From positions 15,986,722 to 16,050,721 of the forward strand of contig OZ037766.1 of assembly GCA_964035545.1 (NCBI GenBank): 64,000 bases of DNA, in the 5' to 3' direction. The notes under the pieces are model-generated. The model did not search any database. It was given only the letters and a program-made list of their open reading frames with translations, and was not told the origin of the DNA. A program made the position numbers and the translations under genes. This stretch comes from Bugula neritina (lineage: Eukaryota; Animalia; Bryozoa). The stretch's first letter is position 1, and each line of letters starts with the position of its first letter. Below, in pieces: positions 38,733-54,100 of the stretch.

Positions 38733-41700
38733 ATGAGTTTCTTATTGTGAGTATACTTATACTGTAGTTGCTTGTCAAACTAGTATGGTGGCGGTTGGTG
38801 GCATGGTAAACCAGTATATTTAGATTTAATTTCTATGTTGTTGTTTTCAGGTGCAGATTTTGCAGGCTGCCTGGTCATTCTACATCATACTTACCAATAT
38901 GCAATAAATTCAGCTAATGTGAAACTCTCTAAAACTGCTTGTAGTCATAAGGGTATTTATTCTATTAACAAACAAACAAAATCTTTAAAAATTACTGTTA
39001 AAAGTTTGATCATTAATATACAAACAATAATCAATATTCTAAGCTATTATTAGTCAGGTAGTTTGTAGTTAGGTTGTGACAAAATAATAGCCCAAGTTTT
39101 TTCTTCATTTGAATCTGGTCTTGGAATGCTAATTAAAAGTTTTACAAAGCTAAGCTTCTTTCGATATAGTTTTTTTTTCTAAAACACAGGCTTCTATAAG
39201 TTTCTTTGAAATCCTGTTTTTAGGAAGATATAATTCTAGACAGGTGGGAAATATTGTTTAATTGATTGTTTGCAGCAGTGCTCGTAGCAATAAAACATTT
39301 AAACCTAAGAAGAACATAGCTGAAGGCACCCATCAATATGATCTCATGAAACATGCTGCCGCCACCTTAGGCAGCGGGAATCTCAGACTGGCTGTCTCCT
39401 TACCAGATGGTGAAGACCTTAATGAGTGGGTTGCAGTGAATAGTAAGTCAGTATACTATCTGATTGTGGTCCTCCAAAGAGGAAATGTGAAAACAGAACC
39501 AATAATATTGTTGGCTGTAGTGAAAAACCTGTTTATGTGACTGGTAATAAATGTGTTTCTAAACATGGCAGAAATGGTAGTAGTAATAGCAGTACTAGTG
39601 GTAGTAGTAGTGGTAGTAGAAGTGGTAGTAGTAGTGGTGGTAGTAGTGGTGGTAGTAGTGGTAGTAGAAGTGGTAGTAGTAGTGGTGGTAGTAGTGGTGG
39701 TAGTAGTGGTGGTAGTAGTGGTAGTAGAAGTGGTAGTAGTAGTGGTGGTAGTAGTGGTAGTAGTAGTGGTGGTAGTAGTAGTGGTAGTAGTGGTGGTAGT
39801 AAAGGTGGTAGTAGTAGTGGTAGTAGTGGTGGTAGTAAAGGTGGTAGAGTAATGGTAGTGGTAGTAGTACTAGTGGTAGTAGTACTAGTAGTGATTGCAG
39901 AAAAAAGTGGTGTAAACAATCTTTTCTGTCCCCCTGGACTCGTGCTAACACTACCAGCTACCAGCATGCCCAACTAACTGCACGTCGTTTGATCTGCTGC
40001 TCCGTTTCTGTTGGTCTTCTGCTGGTACCTAATCTCACCAGCCTATCCAGCGCCCTGGCTCTTATAGTCAGCACATGGATCTAAATTTTAGGGTTCTTCT
40101 AATCTGGATGCAGCACTTCATTACAGAAGCTTTTATTAAATAGTTTGTAATTTCATTTACTAATTTGATCACTCATTGATAGGTTTTGTTATTGAATTTA
40201 CAACTCACACCTGCCTTCAACTTTGGGTTGAACTTTAGCACTAGTTAAATGAGGATCCCATATGTTTTACATTAGTTGTTATACTTATAAAATGAAGTGC
40301 TCCATTATTATGCAGTATGTTATGCTACACGTAGTAATATGTAGGCTAGAATCTGTAGCTCTGAAGTATGGTATGTTGATTGCTTTTTGACATGTGTTGC
40401 CTTCAAACCCAACTGAAATAACTCAACTTTTCTGTAACACTGGGGAGGGGAGGAGATTTCTTATAAGATACACTTGTATACTTCATCTTATGTTACAGCA
40501 TGGAGTCTTGTTAAACTTTTATGGGAACCTGTTTATGCAGTTACAGCTGTAGTTATTATAGTACTAGTGATAAATCACAATGCATCTAGTTTTTTGTCCC
40601 AAGATGACATGCTTGGCTGATGTTGTTATTAAACATTAGGAAGCATGACACTGGCGTCACGGTTGGTGAAGATATGATGTAATGTAATTTATGGTAATGA
40701 AGGTGAATGACTCAATGTAAATGATGTCACATGTGGTACCTCTTTGTGCTAATGGCCAGCTGGTGGTAAATTATTGTATGCATGAAACAATTTAACAGGA
40801 CCTGTGATATAGTCTGTCGCAGATTGAACATTATATATTAAATGGCTATCGAATCACAGCTACCTAACCTAAAATTTGTTGAGCTTAAATTCATGCTAAA
40901 TTCAGCGGAAAATATAATATTTGAGCTAAAAACAAAAATCATTTGTGATGAAACTCATTAAAATATGAAAGTTATTAAGATTTATTTAACAGCTTTCATA
41001 TTGGAAAAACTCACAAGGATTTTGAAATTTTTGATGTTTCAATTATTTGTTAGCTTATAGGAATTTGTAAAGTTAGATTAAAGTATTTTCAATATATATG
41101 TACGCTTTTTTATTTCAGAATGTTGTGGTGGTGATTGTGTGTTTAATGGTTTAGCATACTGTTTCAGCTGTAGACTTCTTCAACCAGATCAACATGCTGT
41201 ATGGCACTATAACAGAATTCTGTACAGAAGGGAGTTGTGCCGTCATGTCAGCCGGCCCAAAGTATGAATATCACTGGGCAGACGGCCACACAGTTAAGAA
41301 GCCTATCAAATGTTCCGCCCCCAAATATATTGACTTCCTCATGACCTGGGTTCAAGATCAGCTAGATGATGAGTCACTGTTCCCTTCCAAGATTGGTAAG
41401 ACTGACTCATTCATATGCCTGGATGTTGTCCTCGATGTTACTTACTTTTATTAGTAGAAATGTCACTGGGATTAGTGGAAATTTGTAATAGCTAGTAAGG
41501 TCAAAGGTGGGACAAGATATGATAGTTCGCTTATTTTCTTGTGTGAGCTATTCACTATACAGTAGCCTATACACTAGCATTGTTGAGGAAATATGTATGT
41601 GAACACACAGGTTACATTAAGCTTATATATCCAGCAGCAAAGTTATTCATTTATCCTGTTGGGTGCAGAGATTCTTGTTTTTGTTGTTTGCGATAGGATT

Positions 41701-43919
41701 GCTTTGTTTATTAGTGTAGGGCCGTGGCGTGCTAAAAATCCCATTAGAATACACGCTAGTGACCTGCCACACACACAGTGCGTGTGTTGCGAGTGCAAAA
41801 ATTTAATAGCCAATGATTTTAGCGTTAAACTTTACTGCTCGCCTACAGATGTTTGTTTTTAACTAAACTACTTCATCGGATTTTATAAAAGCGGAAATTC
41901 AAACTATATAAAACTGTTTTAATTCAGCTCGCTAGAAGTTAAATGTTAAATTAAAATTAAAAAATGTGCTCGCTAAAAATTACATGGTAATAAGCCAATT
42001 AGATCAAACTGTGTCGCACTTCTCGCTCAGCATGTTAGACGCTTGAAAAATCTGATTTCTCGTCATGTGGCCCTACACTAGACTTTAGAGAACTTCCCCA
42101 GTATGTCCGGAGCTAATCGAAAACTTTTACACTTTCTTCCAGTTGTCTAGCTGTCTCAGTTTACACGTACTCAACGCATGTCTTAAAGCTGTAACTGTTC
42201 TTGAGAGCTTCAAGTGATGGCTGGCTGGGTTTGTATCATCCTTTCATAATCAGGGGATCTCCATGTAGACACAAGAGACATCTCATCACATTCTCCTATG
42301 GGTTTTACAGTTACTTTGTACTTGTTAAATCCTCTATAATCTAAAAACCTCTCTTTTGCCTCATTTTATTCAAAATAGCTCTAATCTCGGATTAATTGTC
42401 GAGGAATTACACCAAGCTCCTACTGCAACAAAGGCAATTCCTTTTCCACCGAACTTCTTTCCAGTCTAATAACAAAGGACTGCCGTCACGTCCTGGTTTG
42501 CCTGGCCAAGATTGGGTGCAGATCTTTGGTAGATTCTAGATTTCCCCGGCACTGCCTCCTAACCTTGTCTGATCCAATGAACTAAAACTTATAGTTCAAT
42601 GGTGTGATCATGTTGCACAAATATGGTGTATGGAATGTTGAAGTGAAGAGTTTCGTTATATCTCTGCTGTAGGAAGATAACTCTTAGTTTTTATGTAATG
42701 AGTTTCTAGTGATATTAGGATTCCAGGTTTCAGAATATTCTAGATATATGGCAGGCTTATTGTAACTCTATAGCCATTAGAAAATTTCAAAATGTCTATG
42801 TATTAATGGGAAACTTTACTTGAGGTTGTGGCAATGTTCAGCTCTGTTTGGTTTGATGGTTGGCAGTCATTTTAGTTCATTTCAAAATTTAAAGATATGT
42901 AAAAATGCTAGAATACGTAGGTGTAGTTGCAGAGAAATGTAGTTAGCCTAAACTCTCTAACTGGAGAAAATTCTCCAGAGAAAATATAACTTTGCTATAT
43001 TTTCATCTAGAGCCAAGGCTTTTTTTAATTTCTTTCTAAGTTTGTGTCTACCTATATAGTTATAGTTTTCCATCTAAACTCTTAACTCTAAGATGTGAAT
43101 TCAATATAACAGATGAAGTGATATGTCACAACATGTTATATAACAATATACTGCTAGGGTGGGTTGTAACCCAGACACTTTTTGTTGCAGTTTGGTTTGA
43201 AGAGCTATTTTACAGTCATTTGCTATTTTTACCTGCAGTGATCAATCATTCTTACTAATAATACAATACTCCAGGAAGCTAGCTGACAACACAATTAATG
43301 TGCTGAAAGTGGAAAATAAAGCCTTCAAATTTGCTAGAGGGAAAAGCTTAATTTCAATTTATCTTTAAAGTTGTTTTATTTTGTCTTTATAACAGATGAA
43401 CTGTATAAAGTAGACTAAACAGTCTTAGCCAGACTAAGAACTGGTGTTCCTGATGTGTTGCAATCTTAGGTGCAATTCCTTATTAATTTCTTTGATGGTT
43501 GTTGATAGTTACTCAATACTTACTTCTTATCTAGCTAACATGAAATAAAGACTATTTTTCACCAATTATAAAAATTGAGCCTATTAGTACTGGTGTAGTT
43601 TGGCTATATTCTGATTCAGCAGAAGTATTTCTGCCATTATATTATATAGGGTATATTCTGCAAATTAATAATGCATGTATTTGTAGGTGTCCCATTCCCT
43701 AAAACATTCATACAGAGTGCGAAGACCATACTGAAAAGGTTATTCAGGGTATATGCCCACATCTATCACCAGCATTTTCGAGAAGTTGTTGAACTAAGTG
43801 AAGAAGCTCACCTCAATACGTCCTTCAAGCATTTCATCTTCTTTGTCCAAGAGTTTAATTTAATAGAAAAGCGTGAGCTTGAGCCATTGAAAGAACTAAT
43901 AGAAAAGTTGTCTGAATAA
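38733..43919 (+). CDS. MOB1: MOB kinase activator 1 (Mats/MOB1)
   Basis: Exons 38733-38746 (MSFLF), 39276-39442, 41168-41395 and 43687-43919. Highly conserved KTFKPKKNI...LGSGNLRLAV...[30 protein letters not shown]...AHLNTSFKHFIFFVQEF. Confidence 0.97.
39578..39895. repeat. (GGT/AGT)n degenerate trinucleotide repeat in MOB1 intron 2
   Basis: Seen directly; explains the poly-V, G/S, H/Y and P/L ORFs. Confidence 0.95.
41712..42080. mobile_element. MITE-like element in MOB1 intron 3
   Basis: Inverted termini TAGTGTAGGGCC...GGCCCTACACTA; the TAGGGCC core is shared with the 24503 element; TSD unclear. Confidence 0.55.
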
Positions 43920-45139
43920 GATTTAGCTACAAGCTGGAAGAAGTGATGTGGATCTTAATTCACACTTACAGTATATATCATAATACAAGATATGCTATAT
44001 TAATTGTTTAATATAATCATAATCATATAATGTATTCTGTTTGGTCATGCAGAAGTTGTCATATCTTTTGTTGTATTTAACTAGTCCGCAATATCAATAG
44101 CTAGCCATCTTAAAGAAGGTGAAGGTTGTTTAATATTTATACAGCTACTCAGTCTATATTTTTCATAATTTTTATGCCTATATTTTAATTTAACCCAATA
44201 ATTTTAAGTTGGTCATGCAGAGAACTGCCCCTGCTGTGACCATAACTATGTGTTTTTTTACTTTGAAGATGAACATAGAATGTTGATGCAATAGTTGCAT
44301 AAGTTTTGTTTTTGGGTGAAAAATCAAGTCTATGTGGTCCAAGATTGTAAAAGAAAATGCTAGTGCTCCTGCCTTCACAACTTACTCTCTGAGCAGCTTT
44401 TCCTGCCAATATCTTGATTCGTTGAGCAGTTTTCAGCATTTCATCACTACATTGAACTGTCATTTTAGCTTTATAAAATTATATGTCTTTTTAAAGATTT
44501 TTGCTTAATGTCACATTAAATTTAACATAAAAATTTAATATATGTTTTTGTGCAATTTTTTAAACCTTTTATTGATTTACTTGCAAAACTACATCAAAAT
44601 AAAAGTGCAAGAGCTGATAACTCTACAAGATTGCAGCATCCACTCGAACACAATTTGTTATACATCTAAATAATTACCACTGAAAAGCAGTGAACACCCG
44701 TTTGTGTACTGTAGTGAGAAAGTAGGAAATTAGCATTTCTACGATCATAGGTTGATTGCAGCTTAGTAATTATATATTACTTTACATCTATTGAGTAAAC
44801 AAGTACAACTGCAGACGCCTAATTTAAGTGCAATTCATTTAATCTGAATATTTGCTGGGAGTGAATTCATATTGTATATTTATTTCATCTGAAAAATATA
44901 TTGAGACAACCATACCCTCAAAAATAAAACTTGTAAATTGCACGATCAGACATTTAATCCTTACGTAGAACATTCAATTAAATTGCTAATATTAAAATTT
45001 GTAATTGAACTGCTCCAAAAATGTCTGAAATAAATAGCTAGCTAGTTGTTGAATAATTCTTAATAATCAACAGTTTAAAACTAAAACCCTGACATAAATA
45101 TTAAGACGTGAGCAACAGATACATAAAGCAATGCATATT

Positions 45140-48100
45140 TTATCCTAGCAAATCATTAATGTCATCCTGACTGAGTGCTCCAGGTTTAACATTAGTAGGA
45201 GGCTGAATTAGAGGACTGCCAACTGCATTACTACTGGCATAGTTACCATAAGCAGGCATATTACTAGGGGGTGGGCTAATAGACCACCCAGTCATCTGAT
45301 TAGCTGATTGGTTCCCCCAACTGCCAAGGTTACTAGTACTAGATGATTGGGGTCTAGCACCACCCACCATGCTGGTTTGTTGAGTGTTTGTAGAATTCAC
45401 TTGATTTCTAGTAGTGCTGTAAGACTGTCCAAAAGTATTTCCTAGCTGTTGGTTACCCATAGGAAATATTCCCTTGCTTCCAGTTGAAGGGACAGGCTGG
45501 GTCATACCACCACCCATAGATTTCATATGCTGATTAACTAGTGTATTCATGCTAGCATTGTTAAAGGAGCTTGCTGAGGGGAGGAGTGGTGTACCAAAGT
45601 TAGTGTTAGACGTAGCTTTAGCTCCAAGTGTTGAGCCTTGGGGCGGCAAAGCAAAACCTCCAGACTGCAAAGACGTCATGGATTTTGTTGAAGTAAACTG
45701 TTGGTTAGTCTGGGGCCTTATTACATTAGAAGAGGCAACTGGTGGCTGCTTCACAGGCTGCATTGTCGTAGATCCTAAAGTGGCAGTCAGGTCTTTCACC
45801 TTCAAAAGACAAACCATGGGCAATAATACTCACATTAATGGCAAACCATGGCATAAACTTCTCTGAACATAAATAAATAATAAAATCATATAACTGTAAT
45901 CTAAAAAACTAATACCTAAACCCACAGAAGAACCCTGGTATCAAATCAGGTAGCAAAGAGATGAAAAATGGCAAAGCAACTGGGCGTGATGCATTTCTAA
46001 TAATGGACTACCTATGAAATCTTAAAACCAGCTGAACGATAGCAGCCGTAGAGAAAGTACAGAGTGATGGGCTAACAACAATCTGGATGAACAACATGAT
46101 TATATCTTTACACAGCAAAAAGATGTTCCACTAGACTTATTGATTTTTCTGATGAAAATCCTTGCACGCAGCAAATAATAATTATTTAATTTTTATCATT
46201 ATTCAATCTTTTTAGATGTTTCATCAGCAATCAAATAAAAACTATCAACCCTAAAATTAAAGAGTTGGGAATTATAATTGGTCATATGCTTGACTTGCGA
46301 AAATAAGTGCTTCAAAGAAAAAGCTTTAAAAAAAACCTCTCGCTGAAAAACCAATCACAGGATACAAAATTTAATTAGGCTATAAAATTATAGCCATTCT
46401 GACACGCTAAAAAAACTTCCACTCTTGCAGTTTTCTGATGTTAACTTGATAAATGACTTCAACACTTTGCCTGTCAAAAAATTGCGATTCAGATATTGCA
46501 TGTGGTAGACTTGAAAAACATTGCATAAGTTAAAATTTCAATAATATTGCATCAATTAAGGATGTGGAAGCTGTGACAGCTTGTGCTCTATACCATAGTA
46601 TTTCGGACTGATAGAAAGCAACCTGCAAATACTAACCTGTGGCACTAAAGCTTTCCTTGTTTCTTTGACAGAAGGTGACGACATGGTGAGAGGTTTAGAA
46701 GGGGCAACACTAGGCTTAACTGCTGGAGTACCAAGAAGTCCCACTTCACCTAAGAACTGCTGCATCTAAAGTTTACACAAATAAAATTCATGCAGCTTAT
46801 TTAAAGTACCAATACATGTAACTAACGTATATAAACTGGAAATTAACTAAATAAAAAAATTATAATCCTAATATTAAAGAAAATGCATACTCTTTGAAGC
46901 ATATTAAGGGGAAATTGTAGTTCAGTGGTTAGAGCACTGGTTTAGTAAACACAAGGTCAGTGGTTTGACCCCATTAAAGGCCATTGGTGATGTTTTGCTA
47001 CCGAAACATCTTTGGTGTCATGTACCAAGGCTTTACAACAAACAAGGAAGTTTGGAGTCACATTTGACGGGTTGTTAGATGCCATGACAGCCTCTTCACT
47101 ATTGTCAAAATACACAAATTGAAATGCTAATCTTAGGTATGTCAAAAGATCCGTGACCTTGCAAACATCATCATGTAGGTCACTAGAAGGCCAAAAACAT
47201 GAGAGGCAGAAAAAACGCTAGGAAGAAAAATACAGGAATGGTCCAGGTTACTCCCTTGAGAAGGACCGAGAGTTGTGGTGTCCCTATAGTCTCTCGTTGG
47301 CTCTGGGACTTAAGGTTCAGATTACAGTTGGTAATCGAATAATCCAGAGTTAAATTGAGTTCTACACAGTGAAATAAAATAATCACACATACCTGATCCC
47401 CTCCAGAGTCACCCAATGGCTGGTGTCCGTTGAATGTCAGAGTACTATAATGGAAAGCAATCAGGGATGCAAAATTGTCAAATAACTTATATTACAAGTA
47501 CATAACAATCATTTCAAAATGCGACACAAATTCTCTACAAAATAAGCTCCAAGTACCCTTTCAGGTGTGCGGGTGTTACTATAGATAACAGCATCATGTA
47601 GGAGTTAGTCGAGGCAGATAAGTATATATTTAATTGCCACAGCTAAATCATGTCAAGGTAAGTAACAGCAGAAGTCAATAAAGTTGGGCACATAATAAGC
47701 AATAAATTAAATTATAAGTGTTTGATGAAGGATAGTCTTACATATTATAACACTAAAATATTTCCAATTATTCATGATGAACTTTGTTAGTAATTACACA
47801 ATCACAATGATTAAATGAAAAATAATGAAATAATCTATAAAATTTAATAAAGAAAACTTATCTGCATGCGAAAAGCACAAACTAGTAACAATAAACCCCA
47901 GTTCCCATGTCTCTGGTACTCAATATTTTACTATTAGGAGTTGTTTTCACCAGCAGGTGTATCATTTGACCTATTATCTGGAGAAGCCTCTTAAAACTGT
48001 CTAGGGTAATTTACCTAAATAATCAATGGGATTTACATTTTAGCTGCCACTGTAGCATCACTCAATGCAAGTAACCACAAAAGTGCTTTTAAGTCTTTTA

Positions 48101-51100
48101 TATAAAAATCACCATGAAGAAAATTTACTTTTGCAAAACTCATAGAAACACTAATATATGCGTTACTACAAAAACATTTATCTTTTAGAGATAACAAGTT
48201 TATAGCATAGTTTGGATTTTAGGAAGTAGTCAAATTCTGAGATTTTTCTGAGACTGCTCTAGATAATTAGGGCAACACATACATGCCAGTGGACACAACT
48301 TCTAATTATAAGTATAGTATCAGAGACGATGGAAAATGGTCTATAGTCATTATTAGCTAAACTGAAAATAGTTGATAGTGTAATACAATTGTAATGCCAC
48401 TGTTGATATTAAACTGCTTAAACTTTCAATATTGAATATACACATAGCGTAAAACTTTTTGAGGTATTAAAATTTATTTCAGGTTTTACAAGTGATGTTA
48501 ACCAGAATTTTCAAAGCAAATTAAGAAGCTAGCAAGTTAGGTACATGAGTTTGTCAAGTCAAATTATTCAAAGCACGCCGGACAGTAAATACTTTAATTA
48601 AAGTGACTTGAACTCAGCTTTGATACTCAGAACACAAAACCAAATTTTTCACAAGGCAGCCCATCACATTTTTCACGTATTTGGTTTGTTTGAACTTAAA
48701 GCTAAATTATTGCTGTCCTGTCCAGCAATAATTCACCTGTCAAACTTACCTGTCCTGTTTCTGCTGTTTCTCAACTTCCTCCAGCTTAGCTAAACTTTCC
48801 GACTCAACTGTTGACATCATGTCTTTAATCACACTCATATATGCTATAAACTACAGCATATCATACATGCTATAAACTACAGCAGATCATATATATGCTA
48901 TAAACTACAGTACATTATATATGCTATAAATTACAGCACACTATGTATGCTATAAACTACAGTACATTATATATGCTATAAACTACAGCAGATCATACAT
49001 GCTATGAACTACAGCAGATCATATATATGCTATAAACTACAGTATATCATATATATGCTATAAACTACAGTATATCATATATGCTATAAATTACAGCGCA
49101 TCATATATGCTGTAAATTACAGCACACTATATATGCTATAAACTACAGTACATCATATATGCTATAAACTACAATAGATCATATACATATTTATTCTAAT
49201 TTACATATATCAACCACAGTGTATAAATACAATTTAAACAATATCATTAAGTAAATATTTCATTAGAGTTAACACAAATCTATCGAACAGATGCAGCATA
49301 CTTGTTGCTTTGACAGACCATGCTCGGCACAAAGAGGGATCAGAAATGGTAGTGACTTGGTAGCTAGGTGGTCCTTTGGTATACCCAGCTCTTTGCTTGA
49401 GAAAGCAACCTTATATATACCTATATAACAGGGAATAAGAAAAGGTATTGCTGTATATGCTTACAGCATGATAAATATAACACTACATATACATACAGTG
49501 CATAGAATATAGCATTGTGCATATTATCTGCTTACTTAATAAAACAAACAAATATACCTACTCTTTAAGTATAGTATCTTCAGAACAATAATGTGTAGTA
49601 TAATAAACCTTACCCAGTATTGCCATGAGCACAGGGGGTTCTTTAGAAGGAATGTTCGGGAGGAAAGGCAACACCTCATCTAACACAAACCACTTGTCCA
49701 TATGTGTCAACATTTTGCCAATACTAATGAGACACTTTACTCTCAACTATAATATAAATATCAAGTACCAAGTATATTCTACAACATTAGCTATCGGTTA
49801 TAAACTAGAATGGTAAAGAGAATAAAATACCCTCACAGGGGCCTGCAATTCCAAACTAAAGTTTTGACACAATTTTCTTTTCATAAGTAAAGAAGCTACA
49901 GTCTGTGTATAATATTAGCCGATGGAGGTGTAGCCCCAACACACTTACATTGAGATACTGAGTAGAAATACAGAGAGTTCTAATTCGGGGAATCACTGAG
50001 GTCTTCATCGCATGAGCATCTATCAAACGAGAAAAATCCGGCAAGATCTCCAAACACAGTTCCTGTATTCAGTAAAAGCATGTAAGTAACAGCAGCAGTG
50101 GTCTAGTCGTTAGAGAACTGGTTTAGTGTGTACTATGTTGTGGGTTTATATCCTAGTAAGGTTATAGATCGTCTTAAAAAAACTCTCACCATCAGGGATT
50201 CTCACAACGAAAAAGACGTTAACCAAACTAGAGATTACAAAAGTAACACCAGTTATACTCTTACAATAATATGTTCAGTTGTGTGTTTATAGTAAAATGT
50301 TAGGAAATTTTACTTACTTAATTGTTGAAATTATGAAGACAAATACTGCTAGTTTTGCAATCTTGAAAAATATATTGGAAACTTTAAATTTATTTAAAGT
50401 ATTTAATGTTAAAATTAGTGCAATATGTGAGAACTGATGAAAATATGTTTGCTAATATTACCACTAACACTATGGCTATCTTCAGAGTAAAATCTGTTAT
50501 ATAAACAAATTGTTGATGCTGCTGACTCTATAGTAAGAGAAAACATATAATTTGCCATCATTGAATGCACAGACAACTGATCAACACATATCATATTGTA
50601 AAATTCCTACAAAATGTTCCGTCAATTTACTGTTAACAAACTAGCTTTCTTATATTTTTGTGTCTTGAGGAAATTAAACATGGAAATCCCGGTTTATAAT
50701 GCCACTGTAAAGCTTCAATGTACATATTTATCATATTCCTTAAACACTTTAGTCAAACTTGGCTTCTAAAACTGTTAAGACATCACCAGTTATTGTTTCA
50801 AGTCTCAATCACTATGAGGACTACCACCCCCCCCCCCCCCCCCCCCCGAGAGTGAGAGGTTTTAAGAACTATTTCTCAACTTTCTGGCAACAAAGTATAA
50901 GAACTTCTGCTTGTAGCACATAAAAAAGTATGGCCAGATACGATTCCTAACATCACCCATGACCTACCATAAGTGTGTCTTACTAGGCCAGCCCTCTAAT
51001 CACTAGACCATAGCATTATGTGGATATGAGATGTTTCCAAAACATTGACATAATTTGCTGGAAAAGATGCAGCAGATAGAAATGATAGAGGTGTAATGAT

Positions 51101-54100
51101 AAAGTTATAATGTAAATTATAGCACAGTTTTCAGTGAATAAAAATACATATGAAACATTAAATGAATTTCTACCAAAATTAATATTGCAGCATTGTTAAA
51201 GATAATATTAAATAAAAAAAAATATTTTAGAAAGACTCAAACAATTAAAACTTAAATGGAGGATCCTTTAAATAGTTCAACCAAAATTAATAACAAGAAA
51301 AATGAGAAAACAGTGACATTAATAGTTAAAGAAAGCAATGGTTATTGTGAGACATAAAGAATCAGCCAGCAGTGAACGACAGCAGCCAGCATATGTTAGG
51401 AGTGTGTTTGATACGGTGTACAACTAATGCCCGTAACTACCTACACAACATAGGTTAAAGAGAAATCCTGAAAAACTGCACACATGCTATAATTACCTGA
51501 CACTGGCTCACAACACAAATTTATTACAATTTAGTAATTGGAAAACTATTAGACAGAAACAGAAGTGCACTGTCCTTATAGAAGACAGTGTCTTTCAAGA
51601 GTACTGCAGAGTAAAGTGCAAATGATCAGAATTTAGAAGACCGCACTGAAAGTTTTACACTATATATAAATAAATGAGGCCAAAAATATAGTAGCATACT
51701 TGTAGTTGGGAGTTTTCTATTTCAATAGAAGAGAAGAGCATAGGCAGTATATAAGCCTTGGTTTCTCCATCATTGGTCTGGCTCAGAAGAGTGCGCATAT
51801 TCTTTAGAAGAAGTAGGGGTATCTGTAATGAAAAGAACAAACGCTATACCAGCATTTTAAAAAGCCTACAGTTTCAAAGCTTGACAAACACTTATTTCAT
51901 ATTAAATGTTTATTGATTTTATTGTCATCTATTTAAGGACAAGAAAGGTTCATTGGCATGTCAACAAATTATTAAATTCACCATGGATTACATGCAAGTG
52001 TGGTAGGAAATATCATAACAGCTCAAGTTAATACTGAATCATGTACTCTAAAGTTTATTTTCACTTTTAAGCAGATCGAGATAATAAACTCGTAGTAAGA
52101 CAAGTAGGTCAGCTGATTGATCAGTAGTGGTACATCCTGTGTGCACCTACTTCAGCAGAACTACAATACGGCCACACAAGAGAATATACAGACCTGAATA
52201 GGCTGTGTCATCTTGAATACAGGACATAGTTTGGGGAAAATATGCACAGCATATTCTTCCTTGCTGCAAAGTTCAGCAATAATGAGTATGTTCTGCAGAA
52301 CAAAAGGTATCATATCTCTGTTGGAGCACTCAGAGAAGAGAGTTGGCAGCATTCGATACAAACAGATTTTCTACAATAAAACAAAACAACTTTATATCTT
52401 CATTAGAACAATTTCAGAGTGCAAAATTAAAATTGTGTTTTGGGAAAGTATGAAAAAAAGATTTATACAAACTTAGCTACTTCTTGGATAATTACTTGTA
52501 TAAAAAACACATGGAAGGGCCTACAGTCCTACACACTAAATTAAAAGAGAACACAAGGGCGTCTTGAGGCACACCATATTGTCACATACCAGAGGAAGTT
52601 GTTTGAGCATATTTGGTAGATTCTTGTAGAACTGAGACTTTTCTAGATTACCTCTCTGCACCAAAGAGTCTAAGTAAACTATGGTCATCACTAAAGGATC
52701 ACCAAAGTGTGTTAACTACAAATAATAACAATTATTACAACAAATTGTAACACCCTGGCTTTAAGCAAAGTTAATGGCTTACCTAAAAACCATTGTCATT
52801 GGAAGTGGTGCGAATAAAGAAAGTGAAATATTCTACTGCTTTGAAAAAAGCACAAATACTGTTGTAACTTGCGAACTTTTCCTACTTAAAATAACATAAA
52901 ACATTATAGCAGCTATAGAAAACTTATTGCGGGGTGACGTATACCATATTGTCATTTATGCATCATAATAGGTTTTATTAAATATCTACATTACTTCTAC
53001 ATAAACACATGTGTATATGCTTAGATAAATTTCTATGTCATATTACAACTCAAAATATCCTGCTTCATTCTGTCTAAAACAAGGGAATTATTGTAAACCA
53101 AAAGTACTAATTTCTTGAAGAACAAACTGAGGACCTGTGACAAACATATAACTTTACTAGAATGATGAGAAGGCAAGTAACTAGACCTTTAACAATGACT
53201 TCGCTTCAGGTCTTTCTGCACTATTCAGACTCAGCATTGGCTTGAAGGTATCGTGGAAACTTGCAGGAATGTTTCTGAGTAGCGATGACCGAAAAGATTT
53301 CATCTGCAAGACGTAAGTGAAAAATATCAATATCAATATATACACACCCACATGTATATATTATATATTATTATTATGAAGAAATGCAACAACCAACAAA
53401 ACTTTACCTGGTGCAGCTGTCATCTCTCAAAATGGAAGGAGATCAACTATGATTATTAAGACAGTGAAGTCTTGTAAACAATAAGTAGCTTAAAATCACA
53501 ACATAGCATAGCTAGTGGCAAGCTTATAAAATATCTTCATTTGTAGTTGATAGTCATTACAACACTAAAACTATCAGCATTCAGAAATATTATGCTGAAA
53601 AGTCTTCAGTAAGTTCAGTATTTTCTAAAATAATTACCTGTTAGAATTTTTCCTATTTAATTAAATACAAATTTCTCTATAAAAAGTAAATACATAAAAA
53701 CCTTCAATGTAATAAATAAATTTTAAAGCTGTGAGTTGATTGATTAATCACTTCTATCAACTTTTAGATGTATTTTCAAGCAATATATAAGACAAAATAA
53801 AACAAAATTATGGATAATTACTTCAGATGTTAGCTGTTTAAAACTAGCTAAACTATCATGACACTGGTAGAGAGGTTTGCCTTCATTGTAGATTGCATGA
53901 ATAGTGACTCCGAGACTGTATATGTCACTTTTAGTATCACAGTAGTTGCGACTCCCACACTCCGGAGCCAAATAGTCTAAATCTGGTTGAATTGACTTGG
54001 GAGCTCCGGAACACCAGTTATTGCAGGTAAACTGAACCTACAAATAATTGTAAACAAGCACTGTTGAAGCTGAATTAGCATTGGATAGATGGAGTATTCT

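Noticed and set aside
39533-39977. Gly/Ser, poly-Val, His/Tyr and Pro/Leu ORFs
   Set aside because: Intronic trinucleotide repeat.
48837-49186. CRISPR-like array
   Set aside because: Head-to-tail units with no unique spacers, in a eukaryotic intron.
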